Origin: Trypanosoma brucei
Taxonomy: Eukaryota
Assembly: GCA_000002445.1 (NCBI GenBank)
Contig: CH464491.1
Location: 2,816,001-2,880,000 of the forward strand
Direction: 5' to 3'
Length of the DNA stretch: 64,000 nucleotides
Made by a program: the position numbers and the translations under genes. Each line of letters starts with the position of its first letter. Positions within the stretch are counted from its first letter, which is position 1. The notes under the pieces are model-generated. The model did no database searches, was not told the origin of the DNA, and saw only the letters and a program-made list of their open reading frames with translations. Positions 54,501 to 63,201 of this stretch are shown here, piece after piece.

Positions 54501-57500
54501 GGACACCAGTGTGGAAGAGGTAGTGCCTGACAAGCAGAAACAGGAAGTGCAAACTGCTCAACTGGTGCAGCGTGGAAAAGTAAGTGCACCTCCAGCTATT
54601 CAGCAGATTGGAGGAAAGGCAGCTTTGACATGGGACACCAGTGTGGAAGAGGTAGTGCCTGACAAGCAGAAACAGGAAGTGCAAACTGCTCAACTGGTGC
54701 AGCGTGGAAAAGTAAGTGCACCTCCAGCTATTCAGCAGATTGGAGGAAAGGCAGCTTTGACATGGGACACCAGTGTGGAAGAGGTAGTGCCTGACAAGCA
54801 GAAACAGGAAGTGCAAACTGCTCAACTGGTGCAACGTGGAAAAGTAAGTGCACCTCCAGCTATTCAGCAGATTGGAGGAAAGGCAGCTTTGACATGGGAC
54901 ACCAGTGTGGAAGAGGTAGTGCCTGACAAGCAGAAACAGGAAGTGCAAACTGCTCAACTGGTGCAACGTGGAAAAGTAAGTGCACCTCCAGCTATTCAGC
55001 AGAGTGGAGGAAAGGCAGCTTTGACATGGGACACCAGTGTGGAAGAGGTAGTGCCTGACAAGCAGAAACAGGAAGTGCAAACTGCTCAACTGGTGCAACG
55101 TGGAAAAGTAAGTGCACCTCCAGCTATTCAGCAGAGTGGAGGAAAGGCAGCTTTGACATGGGACACCAGTGTGGAAGAGGTAGTGCCTGACAAGCAGAAA
55201 CAGGAAGTGCAAACTGCTCAACTGGTGCAACGTGGAAAAGTAAGTGCACCTCCAGCTATTCAGCAGAGTGGAGGAAAGGCAGCTTTGACATGGGACACCA
55301 GTGTGGAAGAGGTAGTGCCTGACAAGCAGAAACAGGAAGTGCAAACTGCTCAACTGGTGCAATGTGGAAAAGTAAGTGCACCTCCAGCTATTCAGCAGAG
55401 TGGAGGAAAGGCAGCTTTGACATGGGACACCAGTGTGGAAGAGGTAGTGCCTGACAAGCAGAAACAGGAAGTGCAAACTGCTCAACTGGTGCAATGTGGA
55501 AAAGTAAGTGCACCTCCAGCTATTCAGCAGAGTGGAGGAAAGGCAGCTTTGACATGGGACACCAGTGTGGAAGAGGTAGTGCCTGACAAGCAGAAACAGG
55601 AAGTGCAAACTGCTCAACTGGTGCAATGTGGAAAAGTAAGTGCACCTCCAGCTATTCAGCAGATTGGAGGAAAGGCAGCTTTGACATGGGACACCAGTGT
55701 GGAAGAGGTAGTGCCTGACAAGCAGAAACAGGAAGTGCAAACTGCTCAACTGGTGCAACGTGGAAAAGTAAGTGCACCTCCAGCTATTCAGCAGAGTGGA
55801 GGAAAGGCAGCTTTGACATGGGACACCAGTGTGGAAGAGGTAGTGCCTGACAAGCAGAAACAGGAAGTGCAAACTGCTCAACTGGTGCAACGTGGAAAAG
55901 TAAGTGCACCTCCAGCTATTCAGCAGAGTGAAAAAGGGGCTATCGACAGAAAAGAAAAGAACGTTCATATGAAGAATTTTATGCAGGCGATTCACACTGA
56001 AGGCGAGCCCGTTCATAGGAGAAGAGATGATGAAAGACTGGGGTTGCAACCATTACAGAGAAAGAAAGGTTTCCAATCCATCCCAACCAATCTTGAAGAG
56101 GAAGCATCCCCAGTACAGGTGATCGGTGAAGAATCAAAACGCAATAGTGGGGAACCGCAACCAGTTGGGGGGCAAGGGGATTGCTTGGCGCGAGCAGTGC
56201 GGGAGGGACAGGAGAAATTAACACGACTTACGGGGGGTTGGTGTAAAGGACGCATAGAGAAAACTTCTGCTTTCGGAGAAAAAGATAGCCCCGTACAAGA
56301 AGTTCAGGTAAAGGAGAATATCCCGCAAGTAACCTGTGGCTTGAGTGTGTGGCCCACGCCAGATGCATTGAAAGTTAGGAGGGAAGGAATGAGCGTCTTG
56401 AAATTGTCACAGCGGCTGGAGCTTCGCCCCGCTCGGCAGGAACCACGGCGGCAGGAAGAGTTGATATGGCCCATGAAGGGAGGATGGCAAGGATCTTCGG
56501 GTTCAGTAAGTGATGGGAATGAAGGATTGTTATTGCCGATGGGATCGCGGTCTGTGGATACAGATGACGTATGGGAAGAGCGCGTTAAATTATCTGACGG
56601 AACGTTCGGCCGGAAGGTGAACAACAAAATTCAGGTAAACGTCCGGGCGTGTCGTAACATGCCAGCGGCAACGCAAAAAAAACATATGCTGTCTATTCAG
56701 ATCAGCACATCTTCTACGGAGGCGCAAACATGGTTGGTACCTCTGACCCTCAATCCCATCTTCCCCCATCAAACAATTTTACTGGACGAACCAGAAGATG
56801 ACACGGTCAACGTTACAGCGATAGTAAAAACTGAAGATGATCGCATGAAGCGACTGGGGGAAGCAGTTGTTTCGCTGCGCTATTTGCATGTGTTAGATTC
56901 GTATACCCGCTGGATTTCGCTGATATGTAATGTAGGCACAAGCGATGCTTTCGAATGTGGTGACGTTTGCATTACTTTCCGTCGCGGTACAGAAGAAGGA
57001 CCCAATGGTGTCGTCTCAATTAATGGAAAGCAATGCGAACAGCAGCAACTGCAGTGGGGGGAAGCCGAAAGGACACAAGAAGAGGAGAAACTGCGGCGTT
57101 ATGTCCGTGATGTGCTTGTATCCGCGGGGAATGCAAACCTCCACTTGTTGGAGTGGTTAGTAGGGAACTGCTACCGTAAAACACCAGGGGAAATAGATGC
57201 GTTTATTAGGCGGTATAGGAAAGATGATACAATAATGCTAACTGTGTTTGAGGTGTGCGGACTTAGAACGGAAGTCGGGGTCCCACTACTGCGTCCGGTG
57301 CCTTGCCACGTTTTGGTTGAAACAAGCAGAGGATCGTGTACAACATCCCCCGTAAACCTTCAAGGACAAGCAGCTCCGCTGAACATGGTGTTTCACCTGG
57401 TAATAGGGGTGAACGAACCCATTCGTCTCATCGTATTTACCGGCGACACCGCGGTTGGTGAAACGGTTATTACCACTGCCCAAGATGGCACGCGCACTCG

Positions 57501-60030
57501 CGTGTTGGTTTCGCGGGCCGGCACGGAGGAAGCGGTACCTTGTGGTACGATCACTGTAGGTACGAGGCGCGGTAGCGTATCTGAATTGACTGAAAGCCCC
57601 AAACCACTTCGAGTGGAAGTAAATGAAGAGAACAGCAAGCGCATGGCGTACCTACACCACATATTATGGATGAACGCCCGAAGCTCACTTCACAAGCTGG
57701 ATGTAATTGCCGCTTCCCCACTGGAGTCGGGCCGTCTACTGGAAAAGTTTGGACCGACAGCGAAGTGGTACGATCTTCGAGTTTCCTTGAGGCACTGGAG
57801 GCCCACATCTGCTGCGTGGGATAGCCCAATAGTTGACAATACACTTGGCACTCACAAGAGAGAAAAAGACGGCGATGAGTTGCTGCAACATGTACAAACG
57901 GTATACCGCAGGGTATTCGCTGTGGTTCACATTGGGTTGCAGTACCATAAAACTTTTGAGGTCCGTACCGACTGTGCTGGTGAAGTGCACTTCAATGAAA
58001 CCTTCACTTTCAGTGGTGTTTGCCCTCGGCGGGATGAGGTTTTTGTGTCTGTCATCGGGAAGGGTCTCACTGGCACCGAGGATCATGATCTGGGAGTAAC
58101 CGTCCTTTCCATGAAATCACTGAAGTTACAACAGCGAACCCACATGACTGTTCCGTTGGTGCGCCAAGCGGGAACTCGTGGTGCTCGCTTCCAAGGATCA
58201 CTGTACTTGGAACTGTTTGCGGTTAACTTTGACGGTGTTGCCGCTAACGACTACGAGGCAGAAATGTGTCGGCCTTCTATTCGGAGCATTCTTTACCACC
58301 ACGCACCTAGAGAGTTGCATAAGGCAGAGTGCTTCCTTGGTAGCTACGCAAGCCGTGAAAAGGACTGCCTACGAGAGCTACGAAAAACCTATGGGCCGGA
58401 CATTCTCAAACTACCCATGGCGATACGGCTAATGAGCCTGAACCAACTGACACCTTATCCTAACAGTTACTTGAAAGTGTACCTCAATGATACCCCAGTG
58501 ATACGCACTGAGAAGCTATCCACCGATGATCCTATTTTATTCGACCCAGAAGACAGCAAAAGTAGGGCAAGGGTACTCGTTGATGATGTCTATGACGTTA
58601 GGTTACGGTTCAAGGTGAAGCAAACGCGATTTTTACTAACAAAGACTCTTTGCACGGGTGATTTTTCCTTACGAGGTATGGTGGTATCGCAGGAGGGCGT
58701 ATACTGGATCCCTTTGGTTGACAGTGAGGGTGTGAGTGTCGGGAATCTCTGTGTTGAACTGAAGTCAAGTGCTTTTGTCTACAATGATACTGTGAAAAGG
58801 GCTAAAGATTTTGTGGAGGACGACGTCGTGTCGTTAATTCGGAGGTACAGACCGTCTAAGGTGCCCATCATGCATATGATAATGGAAAAAGTCTCAAATC
58901 GGGAGGCAGCCCACTCCGAAATCAGAAGGGAGGTCGTTACCGAACCGGTTGCAGCTACAGTGTTTATATCTGTAGAACTCCTTTCCATTCATCGTGTGTT
59001 TTTCGAGCAAACCGAGGAAGACGATCAGCAGGTGTGGCCAGAAGGTGAGACGGAATATGTTGTGACAGCAAAATACGGTGGCGATGAAAGTAGTACTACA
59101 ACCAAAAACTTCACACCACAAGGGAACAGCAGCACCATTCGCCTAGACGTGCGCACCTTTCGCGAACGGAAAGCACACAAGCTCATCATCACTGTCCGAC
59201 GTCAGCGCACCCTTCCACCGCCTTGCCCTGCGAAATCGTCGGAAGCGCAGAACGGCAAGATTCCGCGTTTTGGTCCATTTTGTAAAGCCACCCCTGTTGT
59301 GTCGAAGCAAAGGCCGCGTGTTATAATGCCCCAGCCTCCCTCCCTTTTACATGAACCTGAATATGTAGGTTGCGCAGTCATCTCTCTCCGTGCGCTTTTC
59401 ACCCCTTTGCTCTACAGCACCGGGGAGCTCGTGACGGTACCGCTGCTTTACCTTCCACCGAACGCGAATGGAGGGCCGGTTGTACCGGACGGCCGGGACC
59501 ATACCGGCAGTGGTGTACATTCTGAAGGGGAAGTTGTCGGAAACATTGCGTTCAGGGTGCGCCTTCCAGCGTATGAGCAGATCCCTTCATGGTTGCAATT
59601 CGACGCCACAACCCTCGAAAAAGAAATTAAGCTGGACCGAGCGGCCATTCGATACTATGAGGAGCGCATTCGCAATATTTTAGCTGAGCACAAATCACAC
59701 TGTTTGTGGAATATGCACTACAGATTGTATGAAAAATACGTTGCCAGTGGCCACTGGCATCGACTGCTGCGTGGCTGGAGAAATGCGTTGCTGCGGCAAT
59801 TCCCCTCAGCAAATAACAGCAACGACGTTCCAACATCTTCCATGTGGTACGCCCCCTCGACAGCATCCGATCGCGACTTGAGGAGCGATAATATGAACAG
59901 CATCTTGGAAAGACTGAAAGGAGAGTTTAGCAGTGACGACAGTTTGATGGGCGATGTCGCGGAAACAGAAATGGCAGGGGGAGAAAACTCGATAGAAACA
60001 GGAAGCGGGAGCGAAAGCGAAAGTGACTAA
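51559..60030 (+). CDS. giant repeat-containing protein (2823 aa) with 44-aa tandem repeats and multiple C2-like domains
   Basis: A single uninterrupted ORF. Its central part holds 17.6 copies of 'DKQKQEVQTAQLVQ(R/C)GKVSAPPAIQQ(S/I)GGKAALTWDTSVEEVVP'. C-terminal regions have C2-like beta-sandwich signatures, for example 'KIQVNVRACRNMP...DEPEDDTVNVTAIVKTEDD...RWISLI' and 'LKVYLNDTPVIRTEKL...DVRLRF'. The start codon is uncertain; a Met at 'MAPGGCDA' is an alternative. Confidence 0.7.
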   Translation: MSAQFKKENIKGEEGEGRKGKPLHKMAPGGCDAILQEALLLGSYADFWKLATGYTKALCNVYVAPNPYPTPGGGNAADGHNPNSATQNMVKVTTTVPCSLRTFATFITAPRSVRYCEDNVMFCDIIERDNKTKLFHTAYAGDPPCDVVAVHITAAYKVPENTTENNPLCKFVASLRDDKRRGHVPQPSSTIFVYAMKSAEHPKTPPSPPYVRMRFHLSAFIAYEIPGPLVRVVFVHAPGDRTPKMVDRCITKMVCVRNLCQMLEWLNTGGPLTEPVIWENQRPQETPNAHSVGAENTREPNPLVEEPSDVVLQGDNPSSAPGRVFQTLFALHASAAWRLVLQHEGCTVEECEARCCFPAPAFLKAYRFATTIACSLDIFRRLVSDPMQLHRYDPSVEKVELLHSQKGEDTVHIHFKQLSHSAPKQDACILTSNALLQPDEAHRWRLYQLTDNINVVYVQNGIQSTEIPAAGACDRQVVYAMGYVAIPSVKRQPTGAGDGNEGSEALRVYHVVCVDNNTASFADKQLVTIRQHFFRLTGIRNLCDEAKSKPPTCSLPPHTTRDVNDFFESGTLAGFTEVETLEDASLERTSSTNNVRRQLDLVDGMEGYTSHATAHVDTMMNSSSLEKLHQFLLHFAPHYCIEHKQSELDNKLVPAAAALQPSPFTEQQQISPSVWQAHAPTPDQQKQEVQTAQLVQRGKVSAPPAIQQSGGKAALTWDTSVEEVVPDKQKQEVQTAQLVQRGKVSAPPAIQQIGGKAALTWDTSVEEVVPDKQKQEVQTAQLVQRGKVSAPPAIQQIGGKAALTWDTSVEEVVPDKQKQEVQTAQLVQCGKVSAPPAIQQIGGKAALTWDTSVEEVVPDKQKQEVQTAQLVQRGKVSAPPAIQQSGGKAALTWDTSVEEVVPDKQKQEVQTAQLVQRGKVSAPPAIQQSGGKAALTWDTSVEEVVPDKQKQEVQTAQLVQRGKVSAPPAIQQIGGKAALTWDTSVEEVVPDKQKQEVQTAQLVQRGKVSAPPAIQQIGGKAALTWDTSVEEVVPDKQKQEVQTAQLVQRGKVSAPPAIQQIGGKAALTWDTSVEEVVPDKQKQEVQTAQLVQRGKVSAPPAIQQIGGKAALTWDTSVEEVVPDKQKQEVQTAQLVQRGKVSAPPAIQQSGGKAALTWDTSVEEVVPDKQKQEVQTAQLVQRGKVSAPPAIQQSGGKAALTWDTSVEEVVPDKQKQEVQTAQLVQRGKVSAPPAIQQSGGKAALTWDTSVEEVVPDKQKQEVQTAQLVQCGKVSAPPAIQQSGGKAALTWDTSVEEVVPDKQKQEVQTAQLVQCGKVSAPPAIQQSGGKAALTWDTSVEEVVPDKQKQEVQTAQLVQCGKVSAPPAIQQIGGKAALTWDTSVEEVVPDKQKQEVQTAQLVQRGKVSAPPAIQQSGGKAALTWDTSVEEVVPDKQKQEVQTAQLVQRGKVSAPPAIQQSEKGAIDRKEKNVHMKNFMQAIHTEGEPVHRRRDDERLGLQPLQRKKGFQSIPTNLEEEASPVQVIGEESKRNSGEPQPVGGQGDCLARAVREGQEKLTRLTGGWCKGRIEKTSAFGEKDSPVQEVQVKENIPQVTCGLSVWPTPDALKVRREGMSVLKLSQRLELRPARQEPRRQEELIWPMKGGWQGSSGSVSDGNEGLLLPMGSRSVDTDDVWEERVKLSDGTFGRKVNNKIQVNVRACRNMPAATQKKHMLSIQISTSSTEAQTWLVPLTLNPIFPHQTILLDEPEDDTVNVTAIVKTEDDRMKRLGEAVVSLRYLHVLDSYTRWISLICNVGTSDAFECGDVCITFRRGTEEGPNGVVSINGKQCEQQQLQWGEAERTQEEEKLRRYVRDVLVSAGNANLHLLEWLVGNCYRKTPGEIDAFIRRYRKDDTIMLTVFEVCGLRTEVGVPLLRPVPCHVLVETSRGSCTTSPVNLQGQAAPLNMVFHLVIGVNEPIRLIVFTGDTAVGETVITTAQDGTRTRVLVSRAGTEEAVPCGTITVGTRRGSVSELTESPKPLRVEVNEENSKRMAYLHHILWMNARSSLHKLDVIAASPLESGRLLEKFGPTAKWYDLRVSLRHWRPTSAAWDSPIVDNTLGTHKREKDGDELLQHVQTVYRRVFAVVHIGLQYHKTFEVRTDCAGEVHFNETFTFSGVCPRRDEVFVSVIGKGLTGTEDHDLGVTVLSMKSLKLQQRTHMTVPLVRQAGTRGARFQGSLYLELFAVNFDGVAANDYEAEMCRPSIRSILYHHAPRELHKAECFLGSYASREKDCLRELRKTYGPDILKLPMAIRLMSLNQLTPYPNSYLKVYLNDTPVIRTEKLSTDDPILFDPEDSKSRARVLVDDVYDVRLRFKVKQTRFLLTKTLCTGDFSLRGMVVSQEGVYWIPLVDSEGVSVGNLCVELKSSAFVYNDTVKRAKDFVEDDVVSLIRRYRPSKVPIMHMIMEKVSNREAAHSEIRREVVTEPVAATVFISVELLSIHRVFFEQTEEDDQQVWPEGETEYVVTAKYGGDESSTTTKNFTPQGNSSTIRLDVRTFRERKAHKLIITVRRQRTLPPPCPAKSSEAQNGKIPRFGPFCKATPVVSKQRPRVIMPQPPSLLHEPEYVGCAVISLRALFTPLLYSTGELVTVPLLYLPPNANGGPVVPDGRDHTGSGVHSEGEVVGNIAFRVRLPAYEQIPSWLQFDATTLEKEIKLDRAAIRYYEERIRNILAEHKSHCLWNMHYRLYEKYVASGHWHRLLRGWRNALLRQFPSANNSNDVPTSSMWYAPSTASDRDLRSDNMNSILERLKGEFSSDDSLMGDVAETEMAGGENSIETGSGSESESD
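53608..55930 (+). repeat. 132-bp in-frame tandem repeat array (~17.6 units) inside giant CDS
   Basis: Units are identical except at three nucleotide positions: cag/caa, cgt/tgt and agt/att. A mirrored 824-aa artefact ORF appears on the minus strand across the array. Confidence 0.95.
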
Positions 60031-60602
60031 TAGAAAAACAAAGTTATGTAGAGAAGGGAAATTAAAAATAAACATCCGAAAAGTAAATGAATAGATAGCC
60101 ATAAAAAAAAATTTTTTTTGAAAAGCGCTGTCCTTTCCATAAGGACTTTTTTTTGATCTAAATGCACAGTTATATCAACGTTTTTTACTCCCTCTATATA
60201 TACTCACGAACAGCCTTTAGATAACGCTGTCAGGCTTCTTTTTGTTTTCAACCACGTAGTTTTCCCTATATCTCATATTTATTTGCCCGACAGCGGTGAG
60301 GAAGATGGTTTGTTTTGCTGTGAGTAGTGTTCTTGATTAGTTACTGTTTTTGCTTCTGCGTTTGTATACTCGGCATTGCGTTCTACCCGTCGCGCGGTCC
60401 TTCCTCAATCCCCATTGTTCGATACCTCGCGCTTTTTGTCGTCATTATCACTGAATCCCTCACTTCTGTCGTTTTGCGTTTTTGGTGCTTCTCCCTCAGT
60501 TTAACCTACGGAACCTGAGGTATCTGTCAAGTGGTTTACCGACAAAGGGGGTAAAAGCACTGCCTCTATTGAGGTGAAGAACCAACAACAGATAAGGAAA
60601 GG

Positions 60603-62555
60603 ATGCGCAGGTGCCTTATTTTGCCTGTTTTGACTACAGCGAGCAAAAGCAGCTTTGCTTCGTGCCGCCACAGCAGCAGCGGTGATGGAAGAAATGGCGG
60701 TCTCGGCAGCAGCGCTAGCAGCAGCGCTACCACCATAAGAGAAAGCATGAAGTCGGCAGGATTTAACTTTAACACCCCCAACTTCTGCCTTGAGGGCGCG
60801 ACTGAGTCAGATGTTGCCGACACGGCAGGTGAACTTATCACAAGCCCAGTGACTTCCCTCAACTTCGTGCGTGACATGTACGGCCCGTGGTTGGTGCTGA
60901 CGGAGGAAATACAGGGTGAATTGTTCATTGACCACGACAAGATGGTGTACCTCCGCCCTGCAAACGGCCTTGGATTCGGTGTTGGTCGCATAGACACTGG
61001 AGAGCCGTGTTCGTCAGGCACAGCCTTTCTCATGAGCCTAGAATGGTACACATATCCGGCAACAACGTCAATGCCCCCAAATAACGCCTGTAAAACCGAA
61101 GTCACTGGCGTGGTGAAACATGTACACTCATCTTCCATGGATTACAGCACATTCACCCTAGTCGCCTCGTGGCGAAGCAGCAGCGGCACTAGTGGGAAAT
61201 TCAACGCGGCAAAACTCTCGCCTTGGGACCCAGTGGGAGGCGTGAAGCGCTGGACACCTAACGGTGACCTAATGCAAGTATTCCATCAGGTATTCCCCAC
61301 CCCACTGAGGCTAACCTCTCATATCAAACGGGCGACAGCAGCCCGTCAAGTGGGAAGCCGGTCTGGTGGTTTAGGCGAAGGGGAATTGGGTTCGTCCCCG
61401 CACCACTTATCGTTAGAACAGTATCGCGTCGGAGAACTACCCGACTTGTACTACATTCCCAACTATATTTCAGAGGAAGAGGAACAGGAAATGATGGAAG
61501 CTGTTCGTAGCACACCACGCGAACTGAAAACGCAGCTTACCAAGCGCACTGTACAAGAATGGGGTTGCAGTATGTGCGAGACATGCAATAAGAGCTTCGT
61601 ATCCGATCGTAACATGCCCCCTTGGGTGGAGGCTTGTACCGACATGCAGGTGTACGATGGTATCTTCACACCCTCCGTGTTCCCTAACAGTGTACGAGTG
61701 CATGAATACCACCCACACGAGGGCATCGCCCCGCATTGCGATGGTCCCATTTATGTACCGCGCGTGTCGGTGCTTTCGCTTGGCACTCCGTGCGTGATGT
61801 TTTTCTACTCCCGCCGTGAGCCTTACTCCGAGCCAATGGAACACTACAACGATACTTTCCGCTTCAAAGAGGGTATCGCCAAAGAATCACCGATTCAATC
61901 GGTGGTGTTAGAGCCCCGCTCCCTTTTGGTGTTTGCCGGTGATGTCTTTCACTACTATCCACACGGAACCTGCGACAGGAAAATAGTCCCCTTAACAACG
62001 GAGGTGGCGGGTCGGGTAGTGAATAGACATCTTCTTCAGGATCCAGACATAAAGGAAGTGCACAAAGGTTTCCGCGTGAGTGTCACTACGCGCAATCTCC
62101 TTCCACGGTGCAACCACCAGCCGGAACGGACTGAGTACGGGATGAAACGCGCATGGTTTATTTACAACCAACTGCCCGTGCCGCAGCAGCTGTTCACTTC
62201 ACCGCCTTTGGCTCCGGATGCTAAGACTGGAAATGCGGGGGGTGAAGAGAAAGCGAAGCCATTTGACGCTTCAGCAGGAAAATCAGCAGCAGGAAGTGCA
62301 CACCCGGGCACTGATGAGAATATGGCAAATATCGAAAAGAAGTTGGACCAGTTACTCAAACAGCAAAACGCGTTGTCACAGCAGTTGGACGAAGTGCGGC
62401 AACTAATAGCGGGAGATGCAGGTTTCCGTCACGAGGTATCGACTGTGTTGGGTCATCTCACCTCAACTGTCCTGCAGATAGAAAGCAAGTTGGAAGAGTT
62501 GGAGGATAATCGCGCACGTGAGATGGGCGAAACCGGCGGCCAGCCAACTGCGTAA
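60603..62555 (+). CDS. AlkB-family 2OG-Fe(II) dioxygenase (ALKBH6-like) with N-terminal extension and C-terminal coiled coil
   Basis: 'LPDLYYIPNYISEEEEQEMMEAV' parallels ALKBH6 'PGLFYVPDFISKEEEEYLL'. 'VHEYHPHEGIAPHCDGPIYVPRVSVLSLGTPCVMFFY' parallels ALKBH6 '[37 protein letters not shown]' (HxD...H iron triad). 'LEPRSLLVFAGDVFHYYPHG' is also conserved. Confidence 0.75.
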   Translation: MRRCLILPVLTTASKSSFASCRHSSSGDGRNGGLGSSASSSATTIRESMKSAGFNFNTPNFCLEGATESDVADTAGELITSPVTSLNFVRDMYGPWLVLTEEIQGELFIDHDKMVYLRPANGLGFGVGRIDTGEPCSSGTAFLMSLEWYTYPATTSMPPNNACKTEVTGVVKHVHSSSMDYSTFTLVASWRSSSGTSGKFNAAKLSPWDPVGGVKRWTPNGDLMQVFHQVFPTPLRLTSHIKRATAARQVGSRSGGLGEGELGSSPHHLSLEQYRVGELPDLYYIPNYISEEEEQEMMEAVRSTPRELKTQLTKRTVQEWGCSMCETCNKSFVSDRNMPPWVEACTDMQVYDGIFTPSVFPNSVRVHEYHPHEGIAPHCDGPIYVPRVSVLSLGTPCVMFFYSRREPYSEPMEHYNDTFRFKEGIAKESPIQSVVLEPRSLLVFAGDVFHYYPHGTCDRKIVPLTTEVAGRVVNRHLLQDPDIKEVHKGFRVSVTTRNLLPRCNHQPERTEYGMKRAWFIYNQLPVPQQLFTSPPLAPDAKTGNAGGEEKAKPFDASAGKSAAGSAHPGTDENMANIEKKLDQLLKQQNALSQQLDEVRQLIAGDAGFRHEVSTVLGHLTSTVLQIESKLEELEDNRAREMGETGGQPTA

Positions 62556-63201
62556 AGAACAGGGGTAGGGTGCTCCAAAAAAAAAAAAGGCAAAAAGGGC
62601 ACCCATTTGGTGTGCAACTTGGTTGTTTCTGTTTTTTCTTCCTTTGGTGCAGAGTGAGGGCAGACAGCACAGTAGGCTATTTGGTTTGTTTCCATCGCTT
62701 GTTGGAATGCTACGCAGAGCGCGAGGTTGATGGTATTTTTCGGGGGTTCCCATTTATCTTCGGGTAGTCACGGGCCCCAATTATGTGTGTGGTGCATTTG
62801 CATACACATGTATTGGGAAAGTTTGGTAGCGACATGAACGTATCGGAGCGACGCATCGGTTTTGTGCAAAAGAAATGAGGCAAAGCCACGGCGTGGGGAA
62901 GGCACATAGGAATTATCTCTTTATGATTTTATTTCTTACCATTATCATAAATGCTTTCCACTTTCGCTGCCCATCTCTCACACACACACTCTCTTCAGGG
63001 GAGGTTGTATATACGTGAGGCATTAATACCCTCCACCTCCTGCCCCGGGGCTTTCCTCTGCTTCGACGTGTTTGGTGCATTGTCGTTTGCTCATCTGGGT
63101 TCTTTTTAAAAAAAAAACGGGATGCACATGTTCATAGTAGTAGCGGCGCCCACCTCCGCCTTCATTTGGTGAGAAAGTGGCGCTTTGCACTCAAGCAGGG
63201 A

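Noticed and set aside
53608-55930. CRISPR-like array (regular direct repeats)
   Set aside because: The repeats are contiguous with no spacers and sit in-frame within a eukaryotic coding sequence. The genome context is kinetoplastid.
53575-56049. 824-aa minus-strand ORF ('...SWRCTYFSTLHQLSSLHFLFLLVRHYLFHTGVPCQSC...')
   Set aside because: It is the reverse-complement reading of the 132-bp tandem repeat array and exists only because the repeat lacks stops in that frame. The sense-strand ORF is continuous with flanking unique coding sequence and matches the orientation of every other gene.
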